Positions 35,838-46,340 of a stretch of DNA of 57,893 nucleotides are shown piece by piece. The position numbers were made by a program, and so were the translations under genes. The DNA comes from Thermodesulfobacteriota bacterium (lineage in GTDB: Bacteria; Desulfobacterota; Deferrisomatia; Deferrisomatales; JACRMM01). Numbering within the stretch: the first letter of the stretch is position 1; every line of letters starts with the position of its first letter. The stretch spans positions 1-57,893 of the forward strand of contig JBFLZB010000007.1 in NCBI GenBank assembly GCA_040756475.1, read 5' to 3'. The notes under the pieces were generated by a model. It was not told where the DNA came from. It saw only the letters and a program-made list of their open reading frames with translations, and searched no databases.

Positions 35838-35867
35838 CTTATAGCAGACGCTTCCCGGAGGTGTCAA
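35838..35867 (-). promoter_or_regulatory. Sigma70 promoter for tRNA-Ala (TTGACA-N18-TATAAG)
   Basis: Minus strand: TTGACA (35862-35867) and TATAAG (35838-35843), 14 nt from the tRNA 5' end. Confidence 0.55.
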
Positions 35868-35896
35868 CCGGCCCGTTGCCAGGCCCGGCGCCCGTC

Positions 35897-35926
35897 TTGA
35901 CACCCCGCCGGCCGCCTCCCTATACT
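35897..35926 (+). promoter_or_regulatory. Sigma70 promoter for tRNA-Leu (TTGACA-N18-TATACT)
   Basis: TTGACA at 35897-35902 and TATACT at 35921-35926, 12 nt before the tRNA 5' end. Confidence 0.55.
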
Positions 35927-35938
35927 CCGCCGACACCT

Positions 35939-36025
35939 GCCGAAGTGGTGGAATTGGTAGACGCGCTGGACTCAAAATCCAGTGGGGTAACACCCGTGTC
36001 GGTTCGAGTCCGACCTTCGGCACCA
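35939..36025 (+). tRNA. tRNA-Leu (anticodon CAA), long variable arm
   Basis: GCCGAAGTGGTGGAATTGGTAGACGCGCTGGACTCAAAATCCAGTGGGGTAACACCCGTGTCGGTTCGAGTCCGACCTTCGGCACCA. The anticodon loop is CT-CAA-AA. Confidence 0.93.
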
Positions 36026-36036
36026 GAGGGCATCCA

Positions 36037-36067
36037 GGGGTTGCGGCATGGCCGCAACCCCTTTCTC
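36037..36067 (+). terminator. Terminator hairpin after tRNA-Leu (also downstream of the convergent MCP gene)
   Basis: GGGGTTGCGGC-ATG-GCCGCAACCCC followed by TTTCTC. Confidence 0.7.
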
Positions 36068-36089
36068 GTGGGTGCGCAGGGGCGGGTTG

Positions 36090-37721
36090 CTACACCCGGA
36101 ACCGCCCGGTCAGCGCTCGCAGTTCTTCCGCCCTCTCCGAGAGGGCCACGGCGGTACGGGCCACCTCGCCCGAGGCCGCGGCGTTCTGCTCCACCCCCTG
36201 GGCGATCTGCTCCACGTTGATGGAGACGCCTCCGAGCATCTGGGCAAGCTGCCCCGCCCCGGCGGCGATCACTCCCACCTCGGCGGCCGCGGCTCGCACG
36301 CGCGTTTCGATGTCGGCCACTGCCGCCTGGGCTCGGCTGCCCTCCTCCACGCCCCGCTCCACGGCAGTGGTGCCGTTGGCCGTGGCGGCCACCGCGTTGC
36401 GGCTCTCTCGCTGGATGGTGACGACCATGTCGCCGATCTCCTTGGTGGCGCGCACGGTCTTCTCGGCGAGCTTTCGCACCTCGTCGGCCACCACGGCGAA
36501 GCCCCGGCCCTGCTCCCCTGCCCGGGCCGCTTCGATAGCCGCGTTCAGCGCCAGCAGGTTGGTCTGGTCGGCAATGTCCTCGATCACCGAGAGGATGTCG
36601 CCGATGCGCTCCGACTGCTCTCCCAGGGCGCCCACGGTGCGGCTGGCGTCGCCCACGACGGAGGCGATCTCCCCCAGCCGCTCCAGGGCGCGGCCGATGA
36701 CCTTTCCGCCTTCGGTGGCCTGGCGCAGGGCTTCCGACGCGGACCGGTCCACCGACTGGCTGCCCTGGGCGAGCTGGTCCACGGTGGCCCGCATCTGGGA
36801 GGCGGAGGCCGACACGCCCTGGGACTGCACCGATACTTCGTCGTTGCTCGCCGCCATCTCGGCCGTGGTGGCCGAGAGCTCCTGGGACGTGGCGGCCAGG
36901 CTCTCGGCGGCCGAGGCCAGGTGGATCACGACCTCGCGCAGGTGCCCCGACATCTGGTTCATCGACGCCGAGAGCTCCCCGAACTCGTCCCGGCGGGTTG
37001 CGGCCACCGACCGGGTCAGGTCCCCCGAGGCCACCGATCGCGTAAGGGAAAGCACCTGGGCCAGGGGCACGGTGATGGAGCGGGCCAGGGTCCACCCCAG
37101 GCACGCCACCAGGGCCAGGGAAAGAGCCACCGCCACGATCACGCCCGCCTTGAGCCGGTCCACCAGCGCGGTCACCGCCTCGATGTCTGCCGCCAGCCCC
37201 GCGTGGGCTGCCTCCACGAAGGGTTCCAAGGCCTCTTCCAGGGCCTCGGCCTCCCGGTCGAAGTCGCCCATGAGGCGGTTGCCGGCCTCCGGGCCCCCCG
37301 CCACGTAGGCCTGGGCCATGCGCACGCCGAGCCGGTAGTAGGGCCCCATCCTCTCCCGGATGGCCTTCACCGCCGAGAGGGCATTCTCGTCCCCCGAGGC
37401 CCCCATGTGGGCCTCGAGGCGGTCCAGGATGGCCTGGGCGGAACGGTAGTTCTCTTCCGCCTCGGCGAAGCCGTCGTCGAGCCCGTCGAGCCCCCGGGTG
37501 GCCGAGATGTCGGTGAGCCACTGCCACATGCGAAGGACGTCCTTCTGCAGCCCCTGGGCGAGAGCGTCCGCCACCGCCCGGTCGTCCCGAACCCGGTGGG
37601 CCGCGTTCGAAATGCGTTCGGCCGCCGAGAAGGCCAGAAGGCCCCCGGCCGCCGTGACCCCGAGCTGCAAGAGGAAGCACACCGCGATCTTCCACCGAAC
37701 CGGTACGTCCTTCCAGCCCAT
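36090..37721 (-). CDS. Methyl-accepting chemotaxis protein (4HB-type sensor, HAMP, MA domain)
   Basis: ATG-37721 after AGGAGGAA. Two TM segments, HAMP ([21 protein letters not shown]), and the signalling hairpin [38 protein letters not shown]. Confidence 0.9.
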   Translation of the reverse strand: MGWKDVPVRWKIAVCFLLQLGVTAAGGLLAFSAAERISNAAHRVRDDRAVADALAQGLQKDVLRMWQWLTDISATRGLDGLDDGFAEAEENYRSAQAILDRLEAHMGASGDENALSAVKAIRERMGPYYRLGVRMAQAYVAGGPEAGNRLMGDFDREAEALEEALEPFVEAAHAGLAADIEAVTALVDRLKAGVIVAVALSLALVACLGWTLARSITVPLAQVLSLTRSVASGDLTRSVAATRRDEFGELSASMNQMSGHLREVVIHLASAAESLAATSQELSATTAEMAASNDEVSVQSQGVSASASQMRATVDQLAQGSQSVDRSASEALRQATEGGKVIGRALERLGEIASVVGDASRTVGALGEQSERIGDILSVIEDIADQTNLLALNAAIEAARAGEQGRGFAVVADEVRKLAEKTVRATKEIGDMVVTIQRESRNAVAATANGTTAVERGVEEGSRAQAAVADIETRVRAAAAEVGVIAAGAGQLAQMLGGVSINVEQIAQGVEQNAAASGEVARTAVALSERAEELRALTGRFRV

Positions 37722-37979
37722 GGGGTTCCTCCTCTCCCCTGCAGGTGAATGAGCCGTGAGTTGGCGCCCAGGGGGCGCCTTCGGCAGCGCCCCTCTTGTT
37801 TCGGGTTGCCGACCGTAAGACTTGAGAAGAATTGTACAACATTCCGGGCTCCCGGGTCGGCGGGCGTCGCGCGAAGCCTGCACCCGGGGGCGAGGTTCCG
37901 TAGTGAACCGGTTCCCCTGTTGTGCCGAGGGCGGCCGGCCCTGTATCTTCCGGGAAGGACGAGCTTCCGGGAGGGCTTC

Positions 37980-40900
37980 ATGAATCCGGCCCAGTTCATC
38001 GCCAAGTGGCAGAAGGCCGAGCTCGGCGAGCGGCAGGCGGCGCAGCAGCACTTTCTGGACCTGTGCGAGCTCGTGGGTCACCCCAAGCCGGCCGAGGCCG
38101 ACCCGGCGGGAGAGTGGTTCACCTTCGAGAAGGGGGCGGCCAGGCACGGCTCCGGCACGTCGCGGCAGGGCTGGGCCGACGTGTGGAAGCGGGGGTGCTT
38201 TGCCTGGGAGTACAAAGGGCGGCACAAGGACCTGGGGGCGGCCTACGACCAGCTCCTCCAGTACCGCGAGGCGCTGGAGAACCCGCCGCTCCTGGTGGTG
38301 TGCGACCTGGAGCTCATCGTGGTGCGCACCAACTTCACCGCCACCGCCACGGCCGTCCACGAGCTTGCCCTGGCCGAGCTCGGCAGCCCCCGCAACCTCG
38401 AGATCCTCCACGCGCTCTTCCACGCCCCGGCCAAGCTCAAGCCCGGCGCCACGAGCGAGGCGGTCACCACCGAGGCCGCGCGCCGCATCGGCGAGATCGC
38501 CCTGGCCCTGCGCGCCCGGGGCTGCGATCCCCAGGCCGTCGCCCCCTTCCTGGACCGGGTGGTCTTCTGCTTCTTCGCCGAGGACATCGGGCTTCTGCCC
38601 GCGGGGCTCTTCACCAGCCTCCTGGAGAAGACCCGCCCCGAGCCCGCGCGCTTCGCCCGCCTGGCGGGTCAGCTCTTCGAGGCCATGGCGGGGGGCGGCG
38701 ACTTCGGCCTGGAGACCATCCGCCGGTTCAACGGCGGGCTCTTCGCCTCGGCCGAGGCCCTGGAGCTGGAGGAAGAAGAGCTTGCGAGCCTGGCCGCCGC
38801 GGGCCGGCTCGACTGGAGCGCGGTGGACCCCTCCATCTTCGGCACCCTCTTCGTGCGGGGCCTCGACCCCGCCCAGCGCGCCCAGCTCGGAGCCCAGTAC
38901 ACCAGCCGCGAAGACATCGAGACCCTGGTGGACCCCGTGGTGCTGGCCCCCCTGCGGCGCGAGTGGGAGGAGGCGAAGCAGGTTTGCGACAGCCTCCTGG
39001 CCACGGGGCGGAAGATCCCCGGTATGGACGGCTCGCCGAGCCGTCCGCCCCCCGGGTTGCGTTCGGCGAACGCTCCCTACCAGAAGAAGGCCCGGGGCGA
39101 GGCCACCTCGGTCGTCCACCGCTTCCTGATCCGCCTTTCCCAGGTCAAGGTGCTCGATCCCGCCTGCGGCTCGGGCAACTTCCTCTACGTGACCCTCCAG
39201 AAGCTCAAGGACCTGGAGAAGGAGGCCATCGTCTACGCCATGGAACGGGGCCTGGGGTCCTTCCTCCCCATGGTGGGCCCCTGGCAGCTACACGGCATCG
39301 AGGTCAGCCCCTATGCCCACGAGCTGGCCCAGATGACCGTGTGGATCGGCTACCTCCAGTGGACCCGGGCCAACGGCTTCGGGGTCACCCAGGAGCCCAT
39401 CCTGCGCCCCATGGACCGGAACTTCCTCCTCATGGACGCCATCCTCGACCTCACCGACCCCGAGCAGCCCAGGGAGCCCGAGTGGCCCGCCGTGGACTTC
39501 ATCGTGGGGAATCCGCCGTTCCTGGGCGGGAAGAAGCTGCGGGCGGAGCTTGGGGATGGGTACGTGGAGCGCCTGTTCGCCCTCTGGAAGGGCCGGGTCC
39601 CGGCCGAGGCCGATCTGTGCGCTTACTGGTTCGAGAAGGCACGCGCCATGATCGCCGAGGCCCGGTGCGGTCGCGCGGGCCTCCTTGCCACCCAGGGCAT
39701 TCGCGGGGGCGCGAACCGCAAGGTGCTGGAGCGGATCAAGGAAACCGGCGACATCTTCTTCGCCGAGAGCGACCGGCAGTGGATCTTGGACGGAGCCGCC
39801 GTCCACGTGTCCATGGTTGGGTTCGATGCCGGCATCGCGTCCGATCGCGTGCTGGACGGGCAGCCCGTCGCCGCGATCCACGCCAACCTCGGCGCGGCGG
39901 CCGATGTCGCCTCGGCCCGGCGCCTTGCCGGGAACGTGGGCCTCGCGTTCATGGGGGACACCAAGGGGGGGCCTTTCGACCTGAGCGAGGAGGCCGCCCG
40001 GCCCATGCTCACGGAACCCACGCCCCACGGCCGGCCAAACGCGGACGTGGTGGTCCCGTGGACCAATGGCCTCGACGTGACCCGACGGCCCCGAGGCGTG
40101 TGGATCGTGGACTTCGGGGAGCGCGGCGAAGCGGAGGCGGCAGCCTACGAAGCGCCCTTCGAGCACGCGCGAACATACGTGCTGCCCCAGCGTGCCGGAA
40201 ACGCGCGGGAGACCTATCGCCACCTGTGGTGGCGTCACGTGGAGGCGCGTCCGGGGATGCGGGCCGCCCTGGCCCCGCTGCCGCGCTTCCTCGCCACGAC
40301 CACGGTCTCCAAGCATCGGCTGTTCGTCTGGATGGAGGCCCCCACCCTGCCAGACCACCAGCTCATCGTCTTCGCCCGCTCCGACGACGCCTTCTTCGGC
40401 CTCCTCCACTCCCGCATCCACGAGGTCTGGGCGCTTCGGCTCGGGACCCAACTGGAGAGCCGGCCCCGCTACACCCCCACCACCTGCTTCGAGACCTTCC
40501 CCTTCCCCGAAGGCATCGTTAGGGGCGGCGCGCCGAGCGGGCCCTACCGGGAAGCCATCGCCGAAGACCGTAGGTCGGGGCTTGCCCCGGCGCGCGCCCT
40601 CGGGCCTCCGGGTTCGGCGGGGCAAGCCCCGCCCTACGCCGCGGTTGCGGATGCCGCCCGGGAGCTCGACGAGCTGCGCCGGCGCTGGCTCGACCCGCCG
40701 GAGTGGACGCGGGAGGAGGTGCTGGAGTTTCCGGGGTCCGCCGACGGGCCCTGGAGACGCTACGTGCGCGACCCGGACGCCCGGGGCATCGGCACCGTGC
40801 GCTACCCCCGCCACGTCCCGGTGGGCGCCGAGGCCGCGGCCCGCCTCAAGAAGCGCACCCTCACCAACCTCTACAACCAGCGCCCCGCCTGGCTCGACCT

Positions 40901-41021
40901 CGCCCACCGGAAGCTCGACGAAGCGGTCTTCGCCGCCTACGGCTGGGACCCCGGCCTCTCGGACGAGGCCATTCTGGAGAAGCTGCTCGCGCTCAACCGG
41001 GAGCGCAGCGGGTTCTTGTAG
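37980..41021 (+). CDS. MmeI-family type IIL restriction-modification enzyme (fused PD-ExK nuclease + gamma-class N6-adenine methyltransferase + TRD)
   Basis: 1013 aa. N-terminal D67-x9-E77-x-K79 ([16 protein letters not shown]), SAM motif [13 protein letters not shown], and motif [15 protein letters not shown]. The overall layout matches MmeI-like 'class I SAM-dependent DNA methyltransferase' proteins. Confidence 0.85.
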   Translation: MNPAQFIAKWQKAELGERQAAQQHFLDLCELVGHPKPAEADPAGEWFTFEKGAARHGSGTSRQGWADVWKRGCFAWEYKGRHKDLGAAYDQLLQYREALENPPLLVVCDLELIVVRTNFTATATAVHELALAELGSPRNLEILHALFHAPAKLKPGATSEAVTTEAARRIGEIALALRARGCDPQAVAPFLDRVVFCFFAEDIGLLPAGLFTSLLEKTRPEPARFARLAGQLFEAMAGGGDFGLETIRRFNGGLFASAEALELEEEELASLAAAGRLDWSAVDPSIFGTLFVRGLDPAQRAQLGAQYTSREDIETLVDPVVLAPLRREWEEAKQVCDSLLATGRKIPGMDGSPSRPPPGLRSANAPYQKKARGEATSVVHRFLIRLSQVKVLDPACGSGNFLYVTLQKLKDLEKEAIVYAMERGLGSFLPMVGPWQLHGIEVSPYAHELAQMTVWIGYLQWTRANGFGVTQEPILRPMDRNFLLMDAILDLTDPEQPREPEWPAVDFIVGNPPFLGGKKLRAELGDGYVERLFALWKGRVPAEADLCAYWFEKARAMIAEARCGRAGLLATQGIRGGANRKVLERIKETGDIFFAESDRQWILDGAAVHVSMVGFDAGIASDRVLDGQPVAAIHANLGAAADVASARRLAGNVGLAFMGDTKGGPFDLSEEAARPMLTEPTPHGRPNADVVVPWTNGLDVTRRPRGVWIVDFGERGEAEAAAYEAPFEHARTYVLPQRAGNARETYRHLWWRHVEARPGMRAALAPLPRFLATTTVSKHRLFVWMEAPTLPDHQLIVFARSDDAFFGLLHSRIHEVWALRLGTQLESRPRYTPTTCFETFPFPEGIVRGGAPSGPYREAIAEDRRSGLAPARALGPPGSAGQAPPYAAVADAARELDELRRRWLDPPEWTREEVLEFPGSADGPWRRYVRDPDARGIGTVRYPRHVPVGAEAAARLKKRTLTNLYNQRPAWLDLAHRKLDEAVFAAYGWDPGLSDEAILEKLLALNRERSGFL

Positions 41022-41062
41022 CCTCCCCTGTCCTCGGGTAGGTTTCGGGCCGTGCCCGCAGG

Positions 41063-43672
41063 GTGCGGGGCAGGAGGAGCGGGGTGGACCGGCGCAGCCG
41101 AGGCATACAGCAGGCCCAGGGCACCCTGGGGACGTTCGCGGGGGTGTTCACCCCCAGCGTGCTCACCATTCTCGGCATCATCCTCTTCCTGCGCCTGGGC
41201 TTCGTGGTGGGCAACGCGGGCCTGGGCCGGGCGCTCCTCATCGTGGCTCTCGCCAACGCCATTTCGGTTCTCACCAGCTTCTCGCTCTCCGCCATCGCCA
41301 CCAACCTCAAGGTCAAGGGCGGCGGCGACTACTACCTGATCTCCCGTACCCTCGGGGTGGAGTTCGGCGGCGCCATCGGCGTGGTGCTCTTCCTGGCCCA
41401 GTCGGTCTCCATCGCGTTCTACTGCATGGGCTTCGGCGAGGCCGTGGCGGGGCTCTTTCCGGCCACGGCCCTTGCCTCACCCCAGGCGGTGGCGGCCCTG
41501 GCGGTGGCCTTCCTCTTCGTCTTCGCGTGGCTGGGCGCCGACTGGGCGACCCGGTTCCAGTACGTGGTCATGGCCACCCTGGGGGCGGCTCTGGTCTCTT
41601 TCTTCGCCGGAGGGCTGGGCCGGTGGGACCTGGAGCTCCTGGCCGCCAACTGGGGCTCCCCCCCCGGAGGCCTGGGGTTCTGGGCGCTCTTCGCCATCTT
41701 CTTTCCGGCGGTGACCGGCTTCACCCAGGGGGTGAGCATGTCCGGGGACTTGAAGGACCCGGGCCGGAGCCTCCCCCTGGGGACGTTTCTCGCGGTGGGG
41801 GTCTCGATCCTGGTCTACTTCGCCGCGACCATTCTTCTCGCCGCCACGATGCCCGCCGAGACCCTGATCCAGGACTACGCCGCCATGAAGCGGGTGGCGT
41901 CGGTTGGCTTCCTGGTGGACGCCGGCGTGGTCGCGGCGACCCTCTCTTCGGCCATGGCGTCGTTCCTCGGCGCGCCGCGCATCCTTCAGTCCACGGCCAA
42001 GGACCGGATCTTCCCCGCCCTCGTTTTTTTCGCCGCCGGAGCCGGGCCCGCCGACAATCCCCGGCGGGCTGTGCTCCTCTCCGCCGGGATCGCGTCTGCC
42101 ACCATCGCCTTGGGGAACCTGAACCTGGTGGCGCGGGTCGTATCCATGTTCTTCCTCATCTCCTACGGCCTCCTGAACTACGCCACCTACTTCGAGGCAC
42201 GCGCCCAAAGCCCTTCGTTCCGGCCGCGGTTCCGTTGGTTCGACGCCCGGCTGAGCCTGCTCGGCGGGCTGCTGTGCCTGGGCTCCATGCTCGCCCTGGA
42301 CCTGGCGGCCGGGCTCGTGGCCATGGGCGTGCTCGGGGCCATCTACCAGTACCTGAAGCGCACCGCCGGCCCGGCTCGGTGGGCCGACAGTCGGCGCTCC
42401 TACCACCTGCACGAGGTCCGGCAGCACCTGCTCGGAGCAGCCAAGGAGCCCGAGCATCCCCGGGACTGGCGCCCGATCCTGCTGGCCTTTTCCGACGACC
42501 CGGAGCGTAGGGGTGCTCTCTTGCGCTTCGCCTCGTGGCTCGAGGGGGGCAGCGGGCTGACCACCGCGGTGCGGATTCTGGAGGGCGAGGGCGTGCGCAT
42601 GCTCCGGGAGCGCGAAGAAGCGCAGGAGGCGTTCCGCAAGTCCCTCTTCGCCGGTGGGTTTCATGCCTTTCCCCTGGTGGTGGCCGCGCCCACCCTGGAG
42701 GTGGGCGTGCCCGTCCTGGTCCAGGCTACCGGCGTCGGGCCCCTGCGGGCCAACACGGTGCTCCTCAACTGGCGGGAGGAGCGGTTCGGAGAGACCGACG
42801 AGGGGCGGGGGCGCTACGGCCGCAACCTGCGCGCGACCTACCGACTGGGGCTCAACCTGGTGGTATTGGACGCGAAGGATGCCGAGTGGGCGGCCCTGGA
42901 GGACCGGGCAGAGGAAGAGCGTCGCATCGACGTGTGGCTGCAGGACGACGCCACCGGCAGGCTCATGCTCCTGCTGGCCTACCTGGTGACCCGGACCCCC
43001 GGCTGGGAAGAGGCGGGCATCCGGGTCCTCGCCACGCGGGACAGGGAGCCCGAGGAAAAGCAGTTGGAGGCCTTGCGCGAAACCCTCGCCGACGCGCGGA
43101 TCCCCGGGGAGCCCCTGGTGGTTTCGGATCCCATCCCGGAGACCCTGGCCGAGCACTCGGCCGACGCGGCACTGGTCTTCCTGCCCTTTCGCTTGCGGGG
43201 CAACCGATTGGTGGGCCCCGCAGGCGGGCCGGTGGAGGAGTCTCTGGAGAAGCTGCCGATCGCGGCCCTGGTGCTCGCCGCCGAGGACATCGACCTGGGG
43301 GCCGAGCCCGAGGAAGGGGCGGCCGGAGAGCGGGCGGCGGCGGTCGACGCCGCGGTCGCGGCGCAGGAGAAGGCCCGAGAGGCCGAGAAGGCTGCGGAGC
43401 AGGCCGCGGCCGACGCCGAGGCCAAGCTGCGCGCCCTTCGCGAGGCGGCGTCCTCCGGCGCCCCGGAGGCGGACCTCGGGCGCCTCGAGGAGGAGGCCCT
43501 GGAGGCCCAGTCCTCCGCCGCCAATCTGGCCCGGCGCGCGGCCAAGGCCGCGGCCAAGGCCGAAGCGGCGGCCCGGGGAGCGCAAGCCCTGGGTGCGGAG
43601 ATTGGCGGTGCCGGCCCGGAGGAAGCCGGGGAACCGCAGCCGGCAGGAGAAGACAGGAAGCAGGCAGAGTGA
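41063..43672 (+). CDS. APC-superfamily cation-chloride-cotransporter-like (SLC12/CCC-type) permease with a large cytoplasmic C-terminal domain
   Basis: GTLGTFAGVFTPSVLTILGIILFLRLGFVVGNAGL and GGGDYYLISRTLG are typical of CCC/amino-acid permease family members. 12 TM-like segments, then about 400 aa of soluble sequence ending in an Ala/Glu-rich tail. GTG start, uncertain. Confidence 0.8.
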   Translation: MRGRRSGVDRRSRGIQQAQGTLGTFAGVFTPSVLTILGIILFLRLGFVVGNAGLGRALLIVALANAISVLTSFSLSAIATNLKVKGGGDYYLISRTLGVEFGGAIGVVLFLAQSVSIAFYCMGFGEAVAGLFPATALASPQAVAALAVAFLFVFAWLGADWATRFQYVVMATLGAALVSFFAGGLGRWDLELLAANWGSPPGGLGFWALFAIFFPAVTGFTQGVSMSGDLKDPGRSLPLGTFLAVGVSILVYFAATILLAATMPAETLIQDYAAMKRVASVGFLVDAGVVAATLSSAMASFLGAPRILQSTAKDRIFPALVFFAAGAGPADNPRRAVLLSAGIASATIALGNLNLVARVVSMFFLISYGLLNYATYFEARAQSPSFRPRFRWFDARLSLLGGLLCLGSMLALDLAAGLVAMGVLGAIYQYLKRTAGPARWADSRRSYHLHEVRQHLLGAAKEPEHPRDWRPILLAFSDDPERRGALLRFASWLEGGSGLTTAVRILEGEGVRMLREREEAQEAFRKSLFAGGFHAFPLVVAAPTLEVGVPVLVQATGVGPLRANTVLLNWREERFGETDEGRGRYGRNLRATYRLGLNLVVLDAKDAEWAALEDRAEEERRIDVWLQDDATGRLMLLLAYLVTRTPGWEEAGIRVLATRDREPEEKQLEALRETLADARIPGEPLVVSDPIPETLAEHSADAALVFLPFRLRGNRLVGPAGGPVEESLEKLPIAALVLAAEDIDLGAEPEEGAAGERAAAVDAAVAAQEKAREAEKAAEQAAADAEAKLRALREAASSGAPEADLGRLEEEALEAQSSAANLARRAAKAAAKAEAAARGAQALGAEIGGAGPEEAGEPQPAGEDRKQAE

Positions 43673-43695
43673 AGTCCACCCGAAAGGAGGAATCC

Positions 43696-44274
43696 ATGTC
43701 GAAGGTGAAGCTCGGTCCCAAGCCCTTCCTGCTCCCCCAGCCTGCGGTGCTCGTCGGCACCCTGGTGGACGGGGTGCCCAACTACATGGTCGCCGCCTGG
43801 TGCGGGATGGCCAACCACGTGCCTCCCATGGTGACCGTGGCGGTGCGGCCGAGCCGCCACACCGAGCGGGGCATCCAGGCCAACCGGGCCTTCAGCCTCA
43901 ACATCCCTTCGGCGGCGCTCGCGGCGCGGGCGGACTACTGCGGCATCGTGAGCGGGGCCAAGGAGGACAAGTCGGGAGTCTTCACCACGGAGGCCGGCAC
44001 GGTAGAGGGCGCACCGCTCATCCGCGAGTGTCCCCTGGCCCTGGAGTGCCGCCTGGTCCAGACCCTGGAGCTCCCCACCCACCACCTGCACGTGGGGGAG
44101 ATCGTGGAGGTGCACGCCGAGGAGACGTGCCTGGCGGAGGGTGTACCCGACATGGGGCTGGTCGATCCGCTGATCTACTCGATTACCGACGGGAACTACT
44201 GGCAGGTGGGGAAGGCCGTCGGCAAGGCCTTCCGGGTGGGCCGGGAGTGGAAGGCGCGGGACGGGGGCGGGTGA
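43696..44274 (+). CDS. Flavin reductase-like (FMN-binding split-barrel) protein
   Basis: ATG after AAAGGAGG. KPFLLPQPAVLVGT...NYM.AAW.G......P.MV.VAVRPSRHT is a flavin reductase-like domain. Confidence 0.8.
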   Translation: MSKVKLGPKPFLLPQPAVLVGTLVDGVPNYMVAAWCGMANHVPPMVTVAVRPSRHTERGIQANRAFSLNIPSAALAARADYCGIVSGAKEDKSGVFTTEAGTVEGAPLIRECPLALECRLVQTLELPTHHLHVGEIVEVHAEETCLAEGVPDMGLVDPLIYSITDGNYWQVGKAVGKAFRVGREWKARDGGG

Positions 44275-44294
44275 CGGCGCCGACGGGAGCCCCC

Positions 44295-45089
44295 ATGACG
44301 CGTCTGCGGTCCACGGATCGATCCCCGAGCCTCCCCCGCCTCTACCGCGACCTGGCGAGCTGGTTCCCCCTGCTCACGCCACCGGGGGACTACGCCGAGG
44401 AGGCTGGGATCTATCGGGAGGCCTTCTTCGCGCTCACGGCGCCCCGGCGGCCGCACACCCTTCTGGAGCTGGGTTCCGGCGGCGGGCACAACGCCTCGCA
44501 CCTCAAGGCCTGGTTCGAGGTGACCCTGGTGGACCTCTCCCCCGAGATGCTGGAGGTGAGCCGGGCGCTCAACCCCGAGTGCGCCCACGTCGCCGGCGAC
44601 ATGCGCACGGTGCGGCTGGGGCGGCAGTTCGACGCGGTGTTCCTGCAGGACGCGGTGGGGTACCTCACCACCGCGGAGGACCTGCGGGCGGCGGCACGGA
44701 CTGCCTTCGCCCACTGCGCGCCGGGGGGTGCGGCGCTCTTCTGCCCCGACTTCGTGCGGGAGAGCTTCCGGCCGGGCACCGAGCACGGCGGCAGCGACGA
44801 ACCCGGCGGGTCCGGGCGGGGACTCCGGTACCTGGAGTGGGTGTGGGACCCGGACCCGGGCGACGACACGTACCTGGCGGACATGGCGTACCTGCTGCGC
44901 CACGCCGACGGCACCCTCGAGGCGGTGGCCGACCGGCACGTGCTGGGGCTCTTCCCCCGGGCGACCTGGGCCCAGGCCATCACCGCAGCGGGCTTCGGCT
45001 TCGAGGCGCGGCCCTTCGCCCACAGCACGCTGCCTTCCGGAGCCCACGAGCTGTTTGCGGGCCGCAGGGCCGCGCAGGGGAATTCATGA
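44295..45089 (+). CDS. Class I SAM-dependent methyltransferase (MT1)
   Basis: Motif I LLELGSGGGHNA, then VDLSPEML and FDAVFLQDAV. Alternative start GTG-44271 overlaps the flavin reductase stop. Confidence 0.8.
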   Translation: MTRLRSTDRSPSLPRLYRDLASWFPLLTPPGDYAEEAGIYREAFFALTAPRRPHTLLELGSGGGHNASHLKAWFEVTLVDLSPEMLEVSRALNPECAHVAGDMRTVRLGRQFDAVFLQDAVGYLTTAEDLRAAARTAFAHCAPGGAALFCPDFVRESFRPGTEHGGSDEPGGSGRGLRYLEWVWDPDPGDDTYLADMAYLLRHADGTLEAVADRHVLGLFPRATWAQAITAAGFGFEARPFAHSTLPSGAHELFAGRRAAQGNS

Positions 45090-45916
45090 GCGAGACGGCG
45101 TCCGCCCTGTCACGGCCGGAGTTTCCCCGCTCCAACCGCTACGACCCGGCCTGGGTTCTGGAGCACCAGATGGGACCGAACCCCCTGTGGCTGGCGGAGT
45201 GGCTCTGCGAGGAGCTCGGCCTGGAGCCCGGGATGCGGGTGCTCGACCTGGGCTGCGGCACGGCGCTGACGAGCGTCTTCCTCGCCCGGGAGTTCGGGGT
45301 GCGGGTGTGGGCCTGCGACCTCTGGATCGACCCCGACGCCAACTGGCGCCGGGTGGGCGCCGCCGGGGCGGGCGAGCTCGTGTACCCCCTGCGGGCCGAG
45401 GCCCACGCGCTGCCTTTTCCCCAGGGCTTCTTCGACGCCGCCGTCTCGATCGACGCCTACCACTACTTCGGCACCGACGACCTCTACCTGGGGTACTGGA
45501 GCGGCTTCGTGCGCCCCGGCGGGGTGCTGGGGGTCGTGGTGCCCGGCCTCGTGCGCCCTTTCGAGGCAGGGGTCCCGGCCCACCTCGCCGAGCCCCAGTC
45601 CAACGGAAAGGTCTTTTGGGAAGACGAGTGCTGGAGCTTTCACACGGCGGCGTGGTGGCAGGAGCTCTGGAGCCGGTGCGGCAAGGTGGCGGACGTGAAG
45701 GCGGGGATGCAGCCCGACGGGTGGCGCCACTGGCGCGATTTCGAGCGGGAGGTGGAGAAGACCGGGAAGAGCCCCTTTCCCTCCGACGCCGAAGCCCTGG
45801 ACCGCGACCAGGGGCGCTACGTGGGCTTCGTGCGGGTGACCGCACGGCGCTCGGAGAAGGAAAGCCTGAACCTCTACGACGCGGCCCTGGGGGTACGATT
45901 CGGGGTCGGGGGGTAG
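45086..45916 (+). CDS. Class I SAM-dependent methyltransferase (MT2)
   Basis: ATGA overlap with MT1. Motif I VLDLGCGTALTSVFLA, then FFDAAVSIDAYHYFG. Confidence 0.8.
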   Translation: MSETASALSRPEFPRSNRYDPAWVLEHQMGPNPLWLAEWLCEELGLEPGMRVLDLGCGTALTSVFLAREFGVRVWACDLWIDPDANWRRVGAAGAGELVYPLRAEAHALPFPQGFFDAAVSIDAYHYFGTDDLYLGYWSGFVRPGGVLGVVVPGLVRPFEAGVPAHLAEPQSNGKVFWEDECWSFHTAAWWQELWSRCGKVADVKAGMQPDGWRHWRDFEREVEKTGKSPFPSDAEALDRDQGRYVGFVRVTARRSEKESLNLYDAALGVRFGVGG

Positions 45917-45939
45917 GAGGGGAGCGACGGGGTTCTCAT

Positions 45940-45966
45940 TGCCGGACCGATCGGTCGGATCCCTCA
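45940..45966. repeat. Nonamer array (3 units) containing the 20-mer CGGACCGATCGGTCGGATCC
   Basis: tgccggacc gatcggtcg gatccctca. The 20-mer at 45943-45962 is identical to 47006-47025. Confidence 0.75.
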
Positions 45967-46088
45967 ACGCGTGGGGCAGGCGGTGGGTGCGGATCGTGTA
46001 TCGCCCTTCGGTGCGGCTGTCTCGCCCATTGACCGCTCTGCGTGTCCAGGCTAGCCTGCCCCGGGAAGCACGAATGGAGGTATCCCCC

Positions 46089-46340
46089 ATGAGCCAGATC
46101 GTTTTCGATGTGCCGAGCCAGGTCGCGTTGGCCTTGAAGGTTCCAGAAGAGAAGGTGGGCGATGCGTTGCGCATGGCGGCTGCGGTCAAGCTCTTCGAGC
46201 TTGGCCGCCTGTCTTCAGGTGCCGCTGCCCGGCTCGCCGGCGTGCCTCGCACCGTGTTCCTGACGCGATTGGCCGATTTCGACGTCGACACCTTCCGTCT
46301 CACGCAAGAAGAGCTGGCGAGAGAGACGCGCCTTGCGTGA
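46089..46340 (+). CDS. UPF0175-family antitoxin-like protein
   Basis: ATG-46089, 9 nt after GGAGG. MSQIVFDVPSQVALALKVPEEKVGDALRMAAAVKLFELGRLSSGAAARLAGV.R..F is the UPF0175 pattern. Confidence 0.75.
   Translation: MSQIVFDVPSQVALALKVPEEKVGDALRMAAAVKLFELGRLSSGAAARLAGVPRTVFLTRLADFDVDTFRLTQEELARETRLA

Noticed and set aside
37770-37810. Terminator-like hairpin GGGGCGCC-TTCGGCA-GCGCCCC + TCTTGTTT on the plus strand.
   Set aside because: There is no upstream plus-strand gene to terminate. It lies in the MCP 5' leader / divergent promoter region. It is noted but not called.
36090-39119. A 1009-aa ORF extending the MCP upstream to 39119, and the 37749 start for the R-M gene.
   Set aside because: The extension is antisense to the MmeI-family gene and not protein-like. 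MCP homology, RBS and TM1 begin at ATG-37721, and the R-M homology begins at ATG-37980.
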